Shown: positions 1-18,475 of the stretch, in pieces | Position numbering within the stretch: position 1 is the stretch's first letter | How the letters are laid out: every line of letters starts with the position of its first letter | Origin: the human T2T-CHM13v2.0 reference genome, Homo sapiens | Direction: 5' to 3' (one strand) | DNA: 64,000 nt | NCBI RefSeq assembly: GCF_009914755.1 | Contig: NC_060930.1 | Translations under genes and position numbers: made by a program | The notes under the pieces: generated by a model | The model's input: the letters and a program-made list of their open reading frames with translations, nothing else | What the model was told of the DNA's origin: nothing | Databases searched by the model: none

Positions 1-249
1 GAGGGAGGTGAGGTCTAGATGACTTCTGTATATGAGCCAGAGTCCAATCCATTTATATATGAATGACTCCTAGTACAATATCTGACACAAAGTGGATTCT
101 CAATGGTTGATGAATACTATTATCACGTAAATAGGAAACCACATTTCCTACCATTTAGATAGTATAAGTTCTTCAAAGTTCAATTTATGTGTCATTTCTT
201 ACCAGAAACCTGGCCCTAATCCCAGTAGGATGAGGTTACTCTTTGCCTC

Positions 250-706
250 TGTATTTGCTTCTTAGGGCTATGGTTATAATATACCAAGAATTGGCTTAAA
301 ACAACAAAAATTTATTCTCTCACAGTTCTGGAGGCTGGAAGTTTGAAATCAAGACATTGATAGAGCCATCCTCTCTCTGAAGGCTGTAGGGAGAGTCCTT
401 CCTTGCCCCTTCCCAGCTTCTGGTGGCTCTTGGCAATCCTTGGTGTTCCCTGGCTTAGAGCCGCTTCACTCAAATCTCTGCCTCTGATGTTGCACAGTCA
501 TCTTCTCCCTGTGTGTCTTTGTTTCCACGTGGCATTCTCTTCCCTTATAAGGCCATCAGTCACAGTGGATTGAGGCCCACTCTAGTAACCTCATTTAACT
601 TGATTATATCTGCAAAGGCCCTGTTTCCAAATGAAGTCACATTCTGGGATCCTGAGAGTTGGGATTTCAAAATACCTTCTTGGGGGGTGCAATTCCACCC
701 ACAACA
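250..706 (-). mobile_element. MLT1-family (ERVL-MaLR) LTR
   Basis: Characteristic aaacaacaaaaatttattctctcacagttctggaggctggaag and terminal caattccacccacaaca. Confidence 0.8.
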
Positions 707-1615
707 CCCTGCAATAAGATTTTAAAATTGAATAGCAGCAATCTTATTTCTCTTTTGACATCTATCACATCTAGCTTATTTTATAGTAATCTATCTTTTA
801 TCTCCCCCTACAACACTGAACAGCCCAAGGACAAAACCTGTTTCTGATTCACTTTTGTGTCCCTGACAATACCTACATGTCCCATAATAGGTTTGATAGG
901 TACTAAGTGACCGGGCTGAGGCTTGCACCCTCCCCTCCTGACTCATGATCAATCCTTCAGACTAGAGCGTGCTGCCACCAGCCTGGTACATGTATTTGTG
1001 AGTTCCTTGGGTTTCAACTCCTTGGTTGATTTATTTTTTGAAAACACTATATATCAGGAAGATGGGTTTGGCTAGCTGAAATAGCTGGTTATAGCTTGCC
1101 TTGGGTGGTTAAATATTTATGTCTTCTGAGAGTGAACAATGGGCTTTACTCTACCAGGGAAATAATCTTGTTTGTCCCCATTTATTGGCTCTTTTTTCCT
1201 CTTTTACATTTTCAGCATCCTAATGATGTCCTTAGTGATAGTTGCTATGGAAGTATTTTAGTGTTTTCTGCAGTGTTGGGTGGTGCAGTACCTGAAGCCT
1301 TCTTTAGTGTGTATTTATAATGACACCAAGCCATGAATTTCATTTTAGTGGTAGCTTTCTTGCTTAATAACTGGTTGTCGTCGGGGGAGTGGTCTGCATT
1401 TATTTTGGCCTCCTGATTTATCGCACTGATTTTTCTTCTCCTTTTCATTGTTCCTGGAGTGCTCGTCATCACTTCAAATACTCAACCCATTATTTCACAG
1501 AATATAATGACAGAGCCAGCCCCATCATTTTATCATTGAATACACTGGTAAACAGTTGCAACCCCTCTAATACCAATGTGATGAGGGGTGATTTAAACTT
1601 GTAAAAGTCAAACGC

Positions 1616-1911
1616 TTTTTTTTTTTTTTTTTTTTTGCGATGGAGCCTCACTCTGTTGCCAGGCTGGAGTGCAGTGGCACAGTCTTGGCTCACGGCAACC
1701 TCCCCCTCCTGAGTTCAAGCGATTCTCCTGCCTCAGCCTCCTGAGTAGCTGGGACTACAGGTGCGCCCCACCAAGCCCAGTTAATTTTTGCATTTTTTAG
1801 TAGATATACGGTTTCACCATCTTGGCCAAGATGGTTCCAATCTCTTGACCTTGTGATCTGCCCACTGGCAGATCTTGTTTGTCCCCATTTATTGGCTGGG
1901 ATTAAAGGCGT
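1616..1911 (-). mobile_element. AluS (Sc-like), slightly 5' truncated, with an internal foreign insert
   Basis: Poly-T at 1616-1636 followed by Alu antisense body; left-arm segment replaced at about 1866-1894. Confidence 0.92.
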
Positions 1912-4645
1912 CAAAAACTTTTAAGAATGTATAGTTTGGAGACTGAGACTCAGTAATGGGTGGAGGAGAGAAAACTGGGATATCTAGAGAATTGGATTGT
2001 GATGTCTTCCGTAAAATAGTAATAGTAGTACATGTTCTACCTACTTGATAGGATTGTTATGAGGGTCATGTGATTAATGTATGTGAAAGCAATTTGTAAG
2101 CTGTACAGTGCTATAAAATGTTTATATATGTTATCATTAATAACAACTAGATTGTTAATAGTCCTGATTGCTTTTGACCTGGATGTCTATGGAGAAGCAG
2201 CTTAATCTCTGGTGAAGACATGACTTGACCTTTTTACTGAACCATGTGGGCAAATGATCAGGCCATTATGCAGTATTTTCAAGGCCATCAGGTTGTCTGT
2301 GTTAGCCTCTTTCATTCGACTCTTACCTTTTATTTGGGGAGGAGAAGGGACAGTATGACTTTAATTATTAAGCTGAAGAAGTGGAGAAATCTTGATTTCT
2401 TGAATAGCTTTTTCAAGTCAGCTCTTTAATATAAAGTCTCTCTGGTGCATCTGTTGCTAGCTTGCCACGTTGGTATGTGCCATTTTAATTTTGTTCCTCC
2501 AAAGGTTTGGGTTATTTTTCCATACACTTTGGTTTACGGTAGACGCTCAACCACTTACTAGAATAGAACACACTTAGGCATGTAGACTTTGACAATTCTA
2601 GGGAAAAGTTGTGAATGCATTTAGTGATTTGATTTGTGTGTTTTAGTTTAAGTAATCTATCAATTTATCCTATAGATAGCCCAGAAATTGATGTCACTGC
2701 AATTAAACAGAATTTTTTTATAAAGAATTCTGTGCCTGACAACTCTAGACATATTTATTATGCAGCTTCTCTTAAAGGATTTTCAATTTGCTCATTTGGA
2801 GCAAATTTTGTGTGTTAAATGCAGTTGGTTCCTAGACACTGACTCATTTTCCAAATCTGAGTACACTTTTTCCTCAATTGACTTTCCCCTGCCAGTATGT
2901 CATCCAACTATTCTTTAATGTACTGTCAAAATATGGTCACCTCATCATTAACAGGAAATGGGCTTCTTGCCCAGTCTTATGAAAGTAGAATAAAATCAGA
3001 CAGTTTGATTTTTAAACTATAAGAAAAGGAGAATGAAAAAACAGCAAAACTTAACTAATTTCCAAGCTCAGGGCTATTTATAAAGAGCTTGAACAAATAA
3101 GACACCCAGAAACGAAAGGAAAACTGCAATTTGCTTGGCTTTGTGTAGAATACAGAAGAATTTCCATTTTACTCTAAATATAAAGTAGCTGCAATGTGAG
3201 TCAACATAAATAAAACAAAGAAACCAAGTCTTTATGGAAGATGACAGCAGTTTCATGTGGGCAGCTTCATGTGTTTAAGCATCTCAATGTGAAAACTTGG
3301 CCATTTGCTCAAGATTGTTTCTCTGTATTTAGATTTTTGGTGCAAATATCATCTCTGTCTCTAGGAAACAAACCCAGACGGCCTACAGAGTCAAGAATGA
3401 AGAATTCATTTTACTGAAATGTTAATGTCAACTCTAAAAATATCAGAGTTTTCAATTTTACCTAATCAAATAATCAGCTCGACAATTTTTTTGCAACCAC
3501 AGTTGCTTATAGGGCTGACCAAAGTGACGATTTGTTTAAGACCAAGTTCAAGGTTAGTTAAACATATAACATATAGCGCAGATTTCATTTAACCATGTGG
3601 ATAATTCAGCCAAATATGTTTTTCATGAATTGCTGTGAAAAAGAGTAATTTGCCGCATTTGAATTATCTGATTACCTGTCCTGATCTTCTACTTCACTTT
3701 GAGTGTATATGTAGACTTTATTAGAATAACATTTTGTAGTGTAAAAATAGTCTATGTCGCCACAGCTTCTCTCTACTTGCTAGTTCAAAGCTTTCTCTTT
3801 AATTTTTGATCAGTGCCAATTTGGAACCGATCTCTTTTAGCTCAGTTTCCTCATTTGTGGAGTGGGTATCTTAACGTCCAAAATAATAAATGATTAAAAA
3901 TAGTTAAAAAAAGTTAAAAATAAATGATTAGTGGAATGATGAAAAGTACTTCACACAGAATCCAGCATATAGTGAATGCTCAATGAATTTTAACTATTTT
4001 GACTTTTACTGTTAAAGATGTGACGTGGGAAGTCATTAAACCTTTTGTAGCTTAGTTCTTTAGGTATGAAAGACAAATGTCTTGATATAAGTCTAAAAAT
4101 GTTCTTAAAATGCATGCAGTGCCTCCACATGCAAAGTGAAGCACAGAATTTAAGTAATTACCTTCATTAATTAATCAATGCATTGCTTTACCTAATAGGT
4201 TGATACATGTTTTAGAGCAAAGCTTGATGCACAAAGGTCCACTTTGCTTGGATATTAGTTTTATTGTCATTTTGCCATTTTTTTGGTATTCATTATCTAC
4301 TGTGATGGGACAAGAATTTGGGTGAAAGTAGTTTACTTGGGAGGTGATCCCAGGAGGCATGATCAGGGAGTGGGCAAGTAAGACTGGCAAAAGAGGAACA
4401 CCATTAAAGGATACATTGAGAAGCGGGTTACTGTCTTGGGCAAGTGAGCTCAATCCCAGTGGCATCTCTTTGAGAGGCTGCATAAAACCTTTGAGCAACC
4501 TCATCCATTTAGTCCAGCACTGTACTAATATTATCACTTTCTACGAGCAATACCACATGAAAAAATTTGGGGAGCATTGCTATAAAGAATGGTTGAGAGT
4601 GCTGAAGAGAAGCCAGGAAAATAAAAAGCAGAATAAATAAGAATG

Positions 4646-4891
4646 GTTGACATGCACGGTGGCTCACACTTGTAATTCCAGCACTTTGGGAGGCGGAGGC
4701 GGGAGGATCACTTGAGGCCAGGAGTTAAAGACCAGCCTGGGCAACATTGCGACACCCCATCTCTACAAAAAAATTTTAAAATTAGCTAGGCATGGTGGCA
4801 CATGCTGGTCTCGAAAACCTGGCCTCAAATGACCCTCCCGCCTTGGCCTCCCAAAGTGCTGGGATTACAAGGGTGAGCCACCGTCCTGGCC
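4646..4891. mobile_element. Two fused, oppositely oriented Alu fragments (+ 4646-4804; - 4805-4891)
   Basis: Sense AluJ-like left arm, linker and start of right arm, joined directly to the antisense 5' end of another Alu. Confidence 0.88.
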
Positions 4892-5871
4892 TGGTTACAT
4901 TTAACTATGTTGCAGAGAAGATCGTGGATTCATTCAAAATGAAATCATTGTTGCTGGGTTCTTGTAAAAGTAAGGTTGTTGAGCTATGGGCATTGAGCAT
5001 ATGAGAACAGAAACATAATCCTTTTAATCTACTCAGCATTTTGCAGGCTTCAGAGGAATAATGGCTGTTGTTTCTGGCTTTGCAGTTCAAGTGAGATGGA
5101 TTTAGAAGAGCTCCAAGCACATTCCTAAAGTATTAGGTGGTTGGAAGGTTCTATGAGTTACGTAGTTGTTACTTCAGTCTCCAGCGGAAGGGAGGAGACA
5201 TGTCTTCCTAGTCATATTCCTCCTTGGTCTCAAAAAACCACATTTTGTTCCCTTCAAGTCAGGAATGTAGCCAGAATGCCCACCAGGTGGTGCTCCAATT
5301 ACTTTACTGTATAACATTTTGTGACCTCCTGTAGGATATAAGAATATTAAATGTTAGAGTTAAAGGCAGAAAATATTCTGTAACTTGAGCCTCAAGATGT
5401 AAAGACTTCATATATTGAGAAGACTAATATGGCTTTTAAAATATCACATGACATCAAAATGTCTATGCATAAAAGGTGAAAAAAAATGCTATCTCAGAGC
5501 CAAGGTTAACATTCTTGGTAGAAAAATAGATTACAATCAATATTTTTTAATTGAGTTTTAAAAAGAATTCTGATGCACTAGGTTCTGAGGCATTACAAGG
5601 ATATATATGTATATATATATGGCAATTTCCCCCCACATTTACTTATTTATTTTTAATTTTATTATTATTATACTTTAAGTTTTAGGGTACATGTGCACAA
5701 CGTGCAGGTTTGTTACATATGTATACATGTGTCATGTTGGTGTGCTGCACCCATTAACTCGTCATTTAGCATTAGGTATATCTCCTAATGCTATCCCTCC
5801 CCCCTCCCCCCACCCCACAACAGTCCCCAGAGTGTGATGTTCCCCTTGCTGTGTCCATGTGTTCTCATTGT

Positions 5872-9688
<3,817 letters not shown>

Positions 9689-9751
9689 TATGATGTTAGC
9701 TGGCTATTTTGCTCGTTAGTTGATGCAGTTTCTTCCTAGCCTCGGGGGCCT

Positions 9752-10768
9752 TTACAATTTGGCATGTTTTTGCAGTGGCTGGTACCGGTTGTTCCTTTCC
9801 ATGTTTAGTGCTTCCTTCAGGAGCTCTTTTAGGGCAGGCCTGATGGTGACAAAATCTCTCAGCATTTGCTTGTCTGTGAAGTATTTTATTTCTGCTTCAC
9901 TTATGAAGCTTAGTTTGGCTGGATATGAAATTCTGGGTTGAAAATTCTTTTCTTGAAGAATGTTAAATATTGGCCCCTACTCTCTTCTGGCTTGTGGGGT
10001 TTCTGCTGAGAGATCAGCTGTTTGTCTGATGGGCTTCCCTTTGTGGGTAACCCGACCTTTCTCTCTGGCTGCCCTTAACATTGTTTCCTTCATTTCAACT
10101 TTGGTGAATCTGACAATTATGTGTCTTGGAGTTGCTCTTCTCGAGGAGTATCTTTGTGGCGTTCTCTGTATTTCCTGAATCTGAATGTTGGCCTGCCTTG
10201 CTAGATTGGGGAAGTTCTCCTGGATAATATCCTGCAGAATATTTTCCAACTTGGTTCCATTCTCCCCGTCACTTTCAGGTGCACTGATCAGACGCAGATT
10301 TGGTCTTTTCACATAGTCCCATATTTCTTGGAGGCTTTGTTCATTTCTTTTTATTCTGTTTTCTCTAAACTTCTCTTCTCACTTCATTTCATTCATTTCA
10401 TCTTCCATGACTGATAGCCTATCTTCCAGTTGATCACATCGGCTACTGAGGCTTCTGCATTCATCACATAGTTCTTGTGCCTTGGTTTTCAGCTCCATCA
10501 CATCCTTTAAGGACTTCTCTGCATTGGTTATTCTAGTTATGCATTCGTATAATTTTTTTTCAAAGTTTTGATCTTCTTTGCCATTGGTTCAAACTTCCTC
10601 CTGTAGCTTGGAGTAGTTTGATCATCTGAAGCCTTCTTCTCTCAGCTCGTCAAAGTCATTCTCCATCCAGCTTTGTTTCGTTGCTGGTGAGGAGCTGCAT
10701 TCCTTTGGAGGAGGAGAGGCACTCTGGTTTTTAGAGTTTCCAGTTTTTCTGCTCTGTTTTTTCCCCAT
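9752..10768 (-). pseudogene. L1 ORF1, full span (1017 nt) but interrupted by nonsense codons
   Basis: ATG at 10768, terminal TAA at 9752-9754; RRM fragment ENFPNLARQANIQIQEIQRTP...RATPRHIIVRFTK; premature TAG at 9977-9979. Confidence 0.92.
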
Positions 10769-11344
10769 CTTTTTGGTTTTATCTACCTTTGGTCTTTGAT
10801 CATGGTGACATACAGATGGGTTTTTGGTGTGGATGTCCTTCCCGTTTGTTAGTTTTCCTTCTAACAGACAGGTACCTCAGCTGCAGGTCTGTTGGCGTTT
10901 GCTAGAGGTCCACTCCAGACCCTGTTTGCCTGGGTATCAGCAGCGGTGGCTGCAGAACAGCGGATATTGGTGAACCACAAATGCTGCTGCCTGATCATTC
11001 CTTTGGAAATTTTGTCTCCGAGGAGTACCCGGCCGTGTAAGGTGTCAGTCCGCCCCTACTGGGGGGTGCCTCCCAGTTAGGCTACTCAGGGGTCAGGGAC
11101 CCACTTGAGGAGGCAGTCTGCCCGTTCTCAGATCTCCAGCTGCATGCTGGGAGAACCACTACTCTCTTCAAAGCTGTCAGACAGTGACATTTATGTCTGC
11201 AGAGGTTACTGCTGTCTTTTTGTTTGTCTGTGCCCTGCCCCCAGAGGTGGAGCCTACAGAGGCAGGCAGGCCTCCTTGAGCTGTGGTGGGCTCCACCCAG
11301 TTCGAGCTTCCCTGCCGCTTTGTTTACCTAATCAAGTCTCGGCA

Positions 11345-12088
<744 letters not shown>

Positions 12089-12249
12089 CCTCCTCCCACA
12101 TTTATACATGTGATGTCTTTCAATATCATCTCAGAATGGATAAGATGTAGATCAAAAATTCTGTCAAAAACAGTGCAAAAAAATGCAAGCAGACGAAATA
12201 CCAATTTTCAAGGTAAGCAAGCAAGACTAGAGTTAAAAGTAGACTATGT

Positions 12250-12553
<304 letters not shown>

Positions 12554-13121
12554 TTACTACTGAATGAATCCAAATATTTGCTTTCTTCAGCCTTACACTT
12601 GGACTGCCAGGCTGCTAGAGAAACATAACAGGACAATTTCGTGTCATCTTTAAGTCAAGACTTTAAACAGAATTTCTGGAAGGAAGCAACTTAAATGCAT
12701 TTCCTCCACTTTCATTGCCAGCCTAACACAGCTGTCGTCTCCTGAGCCATTGAGTTCTTGGGCCTACAGTGGCTGGAGAGTGCTGGCTCTGTTGGAGTCC
12801 TCATGAAAAAGTAGAATTGGACTTTCTCCCAGTGGGCCAACTGGAACTCCTTCAATCCCACCAAACGGGTAACAGAAACGTCCATAGCAGTGGTGTTCAT
12901 AATAGCAAAAATGCAAAACTATCTATACATCAATTAGTAGCAAAATGAATTAATCAGTTGTCATATTTTATACAGTGAAATATTGTATAGCAGTGACGAG
13001 GAAGGAACTGGAGCTCCATGTTTCCACATGGATAAATCTCCAAAATATAGAACTGAACAAAGAAAGAAAATAAGCAAGTAGCAGTAGCATGCTAGAATAT
13101 TATATAACTAATAAAAAGTTA

Positions 13122-13435
<314 letters not shown>

Positions 13436-13665
13436 AAAGTTAAAAATTATAAAACAATACCATTTACATATATATATATACATGCATACATATGTATGTA
13501 TGTAAATACATATATAATAGTAAAAAAGAAAAGGTAGTGGTTACTTTTAGTAAGGGAAAAGCATGGGTGGAAAGACATATATAGGAGCTTCAATTTTAAT
13601 GGTACCATCTTAATTTGTAAGCTGAATGGTAGATGAAGAAATGATCATTAAGATGTAATGATATA

Positions 13666-13916
13666 TTTGGGAGGCCAAAACAGGCAGATTGCTTGTGCTC
13701 AGAAGTTTGAGACCAGCCTGAGCAACATGGTGAAACCCATCTCTAAAAAAAGAAAATAGAAAAAAATTAGCTGGGCGTGGTGGTGCATGCATGTATTTGG
13801 GGGGCTCAGGTGGGAGAATGGCTTGAGCCCAGGAGGTCGAGGCTGCCATGAACCAGGGTTGCGCCACTGCACTCCAGCCTGGGTGACCAACTGAGACCCT
13901 GCCTCAAAAAAAAAAA
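13666..13916 (+). mobile_element. AluJ-like, 5' truncated
   Basis: Alu body with gagcccaggaggtcgaggctgc; TSD AAGAT(G/A)TAATGATATAT. Confidence 0.88.
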
Positions 13917-13989
13917 GATATAATGATATATGAAATGTAAGATTTTTTTTTTGCGTGTCTCAAATAAGTCAAAGAAGCATGGGGGAGAA

Positions 13990-14040
13990 TAAGAAAAAGG
14001 AGAGGAGGAAGAGGAAGAGGAGAAGAGGAAGAAGGAGAAG
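13990..14040 (+). repeat. GA-rich low-complexity tract
   Basis: gaggaggaagaggaagaggagaagaggaagaaggagaag. Confidence 0.8.
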
Positions 14041-14715
14041 ACCACCTTGGAAGGACAAAGAATAGGAACCAGCAGGCCTGTGAGTTCCAGTGGGTGTGTT
14101 GTTTTGGGCAAGAAGTTACCATCAGAGAGACTCAGTACAAGAAGAGGGAATGCTGAGAGGCATTCCTGAGGTCAGAGAGTGTGTTTGCTGGGAAAATCAG
14201 ATGACATGGGATGGGAAGGTATCCTTTCAAAAGGGGCAGGTCCATCCATTCCTTCAATGTATATTTATGTGCTCTGCACTGTTCTAGGACACAGCAGTGA
14301 ACAAATCAGCCCAAAATCTGCCCTCATGAGCTTAGGTGTCTGGCAGGCAAATTCTGTATCTAGCCTGTTTGTGTGAACTTCCTAGCTAGGCATTCAGGGA
14401 AGGACAGAGATTTATTTACTCTACAAATATATATTGAACACTTCATATATGTCAAATAATGCTGGATGCTGGGGAGATGGAATGAGTCCCTGTCTTCAAG
14501 GAACTTACAATGCAGTGGGAAAAGCCTTATATGCAGTTACCCATTTAAAGTTAAATGTGTTGGAGGCAAGCAGAGTACCTTGGGAACACAGCAGAAGCCG
14601 GGGGGTGGTAGGGAGTGTTGGAGCCTGCTTCTGCTTGGAAAATGAGTTGATTTCAGAGAACCACGATGTGAATTCAGAATCAGTGTCAGTTCATTAGCAT
14701 AGATTAAAGATTCTG

Positions 14716-15350
<635 letters not shown>

Positions 15351-17461
15351 ATTCTACCTTTGGAGCATATACCTAAAGGTAGCCTTATGCTCTAGGGCAC
15401 TAGGAAGTCTGTTATCCAAAACCATCTCTCTTCCCTTCCATGTGTCCTCCTACCACCAGTCTGTTGCTATTAGAAATTCATTCCATTGCCTCCATTTTAT
15501 TATTTTAAATAACACACTATTCTGTTGAAAATTATTTTATAAATACAATTCTTATAATCGAATTTACAACTTTAATGTTTTGACAGGAGCTATGTCCCGA
15601 AATGTCTTATTGACAAAAACACCAAAATATCTGTGACATTCTGAGAGACACAATATAATACACAATCAGGACACAATGTGTTTTTTTTTTCTTCTTCATG
15701 TTTTCCAAGGCATGAAGAGTACAGTAGAGAAAAAAGGAGTTATGGATGAGGGAGTGGCTTCAGCCAGGAAGGGATCCATGAAAGAGGAGGGAAAGCGTGT
15801 CCAGCAGTTGGGGAGGTAAAAGAGAGTATAGTTTTTATGAACAAAGCTACAGACTAGGGAGAAAAAAAGATATAGACTAGGAGATCTTCCCCATCAACAT
15901 TACTCTGGAAATCTGTGGAACAGTTTTTTCCTATGTGAGAATTATACTGAAACAATGAAGCAAATAAGAAAAAAAGACTATTTGTTCATTCAAATATTCT
16001 GTTATGCTTATTTTATGACACTGTGATAGATACTAGGAGTACAGTCTCTGAAGCACCCATTGAAGGCAGTAGATTGTGACTGCTTATAGTGTTCATTCTC
16101 CTACCCAAAGGGGTGAAATTACGGTCTGTGAAACCCTAAACCCAATTCATTGAGGGAGTAGTACTAGAAGTTTGGCTTCTAAAATCATGTTTCCGAGTCC
16201 TGTCTTAAGGAAGGACTTGAGCTTATGAAAGTTTTATATGAGGGAAACCACACATTAGAGCTGGAAAATCTTACAGCTTACTTTACTGCTTTTTTCTTTT
16301 TTTAACTTATGGAAACTGCATTCCCTAAGTCTGAGAGGAAAAGGAAATTTCTGCTTCACACCCTTTTCAATTCTCATATGGAGTAGTTTGCTTTTACATT
16401 GTAGGGTACCAGCTTCAGGAACTACTAGAGAAGCTTCTGTCAGCTTTTTTCAGAGAAACCTTGTGTGGATCCGTCAATGCAGTGTCCCTGGGAGAATTTC
16501 CAGGAACTCATGACTGCTGGAACCACCTACCCCAGGCAGGCTCCAGTCACCCTCTGTTTTGGAGAACTATATGACTAGATTGTGGCAAGTTTCTCTTTGC
16601 ATCTAGGGATGTTAGGGGAAGGTGGTGATGGCGGCGCTACAGGAGAAACAATGATTATAGTGAATGAAATTAGTCTCATTAAAAAGTGGTGGAGGTTCTA
16701 CTATGTGCTAGCACTGTGCCAGGCTCCAAAGCCTGGATAATAACACAGAGACCCTGTGCTCAAGGGAATCACAGACAAGTGGGTGAGACAGATTAATGTG
16801 TGATAAATGCAAAAAGCAGCCAAAGTATGGTACTATGGTAGCATGGGGTAGAGAGGAGGCAGGGAAGTCCTGTTGAGTGAGGCTGTGGCTGAGTCCTAAG
16901 GGATAGTCCTTAACAAGGGGAAGATTTGGGGGAGGAATTTCCAGACTGAAGACACCCTATACCATGAAGTAAGTTTGGGGCCTGTAAGTAGCTCATAATA
17001 ATGAGAAGGGAAGAGGACAAGAGATGAGGCTGAAGAGAGAGACAGACCAGATAACATGAGGCCCCTTGTTTGCCATGCTAAGAAATCTGGACACCCTCAA
17101 CAGTCCTTAGGGATACTGAGGGAGCCTGAGGAAGGCAGTGAGCACTTTCAAATGGTTTTTGTTTTTGTTTTTATTTTTTCTCCTGTAAAATTAAAAAATT
17201 CTCATTGAAGAAAATTTGGAGGTGACAGAAAGGCATAAAGAGAAAATATGTCACCTTTAATTTCTCCACACAGAAATAACCACTGCCAATTTTGGTATAT
17301 TTGGTATATATCTTTTTATATGTTTGTGGTCACTTTGTTTATACAACTTTACATTTGCTTTTTCATTAACGTTCTTTCCTGGGCATTTCCATACTTTGTA
17401 TTCTTTTTTTTTTAAATAAACTTTTAATTTTGAAATAATTTTAGACTAACAGAAGAGTTAG

Positions 17462-17823
<362 letters not shown>

Positions 17824-17844
17824 TGTACTATCTTTTTTTTTAAA

Positions 17845-18475
17845 AAAAATTTTCATTGAGGTAAAATATCCATATATAATTTACCACCTTTACCATTTTT
17901 AGGTGTATATTTCAGTGTTATTAAATACATTTATATTCTTTTTTCCCTTTATCTCTCTCTTCCCCCATCCCTCCTGGCCTCTGCTAACCACAGTCTACTC
18001 TCTATCTTGATGAGATCCACTTTTTTAGCTCCTGCATATGAGTGAGAACATGAAATATTTGTCTTTTGTCTTTCTGTGCTTGTGTTATTTCACTTAACAT
18101 CATGGCCTCCAGTTCCAAATACAAATGTTGCAGTTGCTGCAAATGACAAGATTTCATTCCTTTCTGTGACTGAATAGCATTCAATATGTACCAGTTTTCT
18201 TTTATCTATTCATCCATTGATGAGTACTTTGGTTGATTCCATTCCCCGGCTATTGTGAATAGTGATGCAATAAACATAGGAGTGCAGATATCTCTTCCAT
18301 ATATTCATTTCCTTTCTTTTGTATATATACCCAGCAGTGGAATTGCTGGATCACGTTCTGTTTTCAGGTTTTAGTTTTTTGAGGAAACTCCATACTGTTC
18401 TCCATAGTGGGTACTAGTTTACATTCCCACCAACAGTGTATGAGGGTTCCCGTTTCTCCACATCCTCAGCCGCAT
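17845..18475 (-). mobile_element. Old L1 (L1MA/L1PB-type) 3' fragment
   Basis: atatgagtgagaacatg, gctattgtgaatagt and tttacattcccaccaacagtgta motifs; degenerate ORF2 C-terminus LELEAMMLSEITQAQKDK. Confidence 0.8.
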
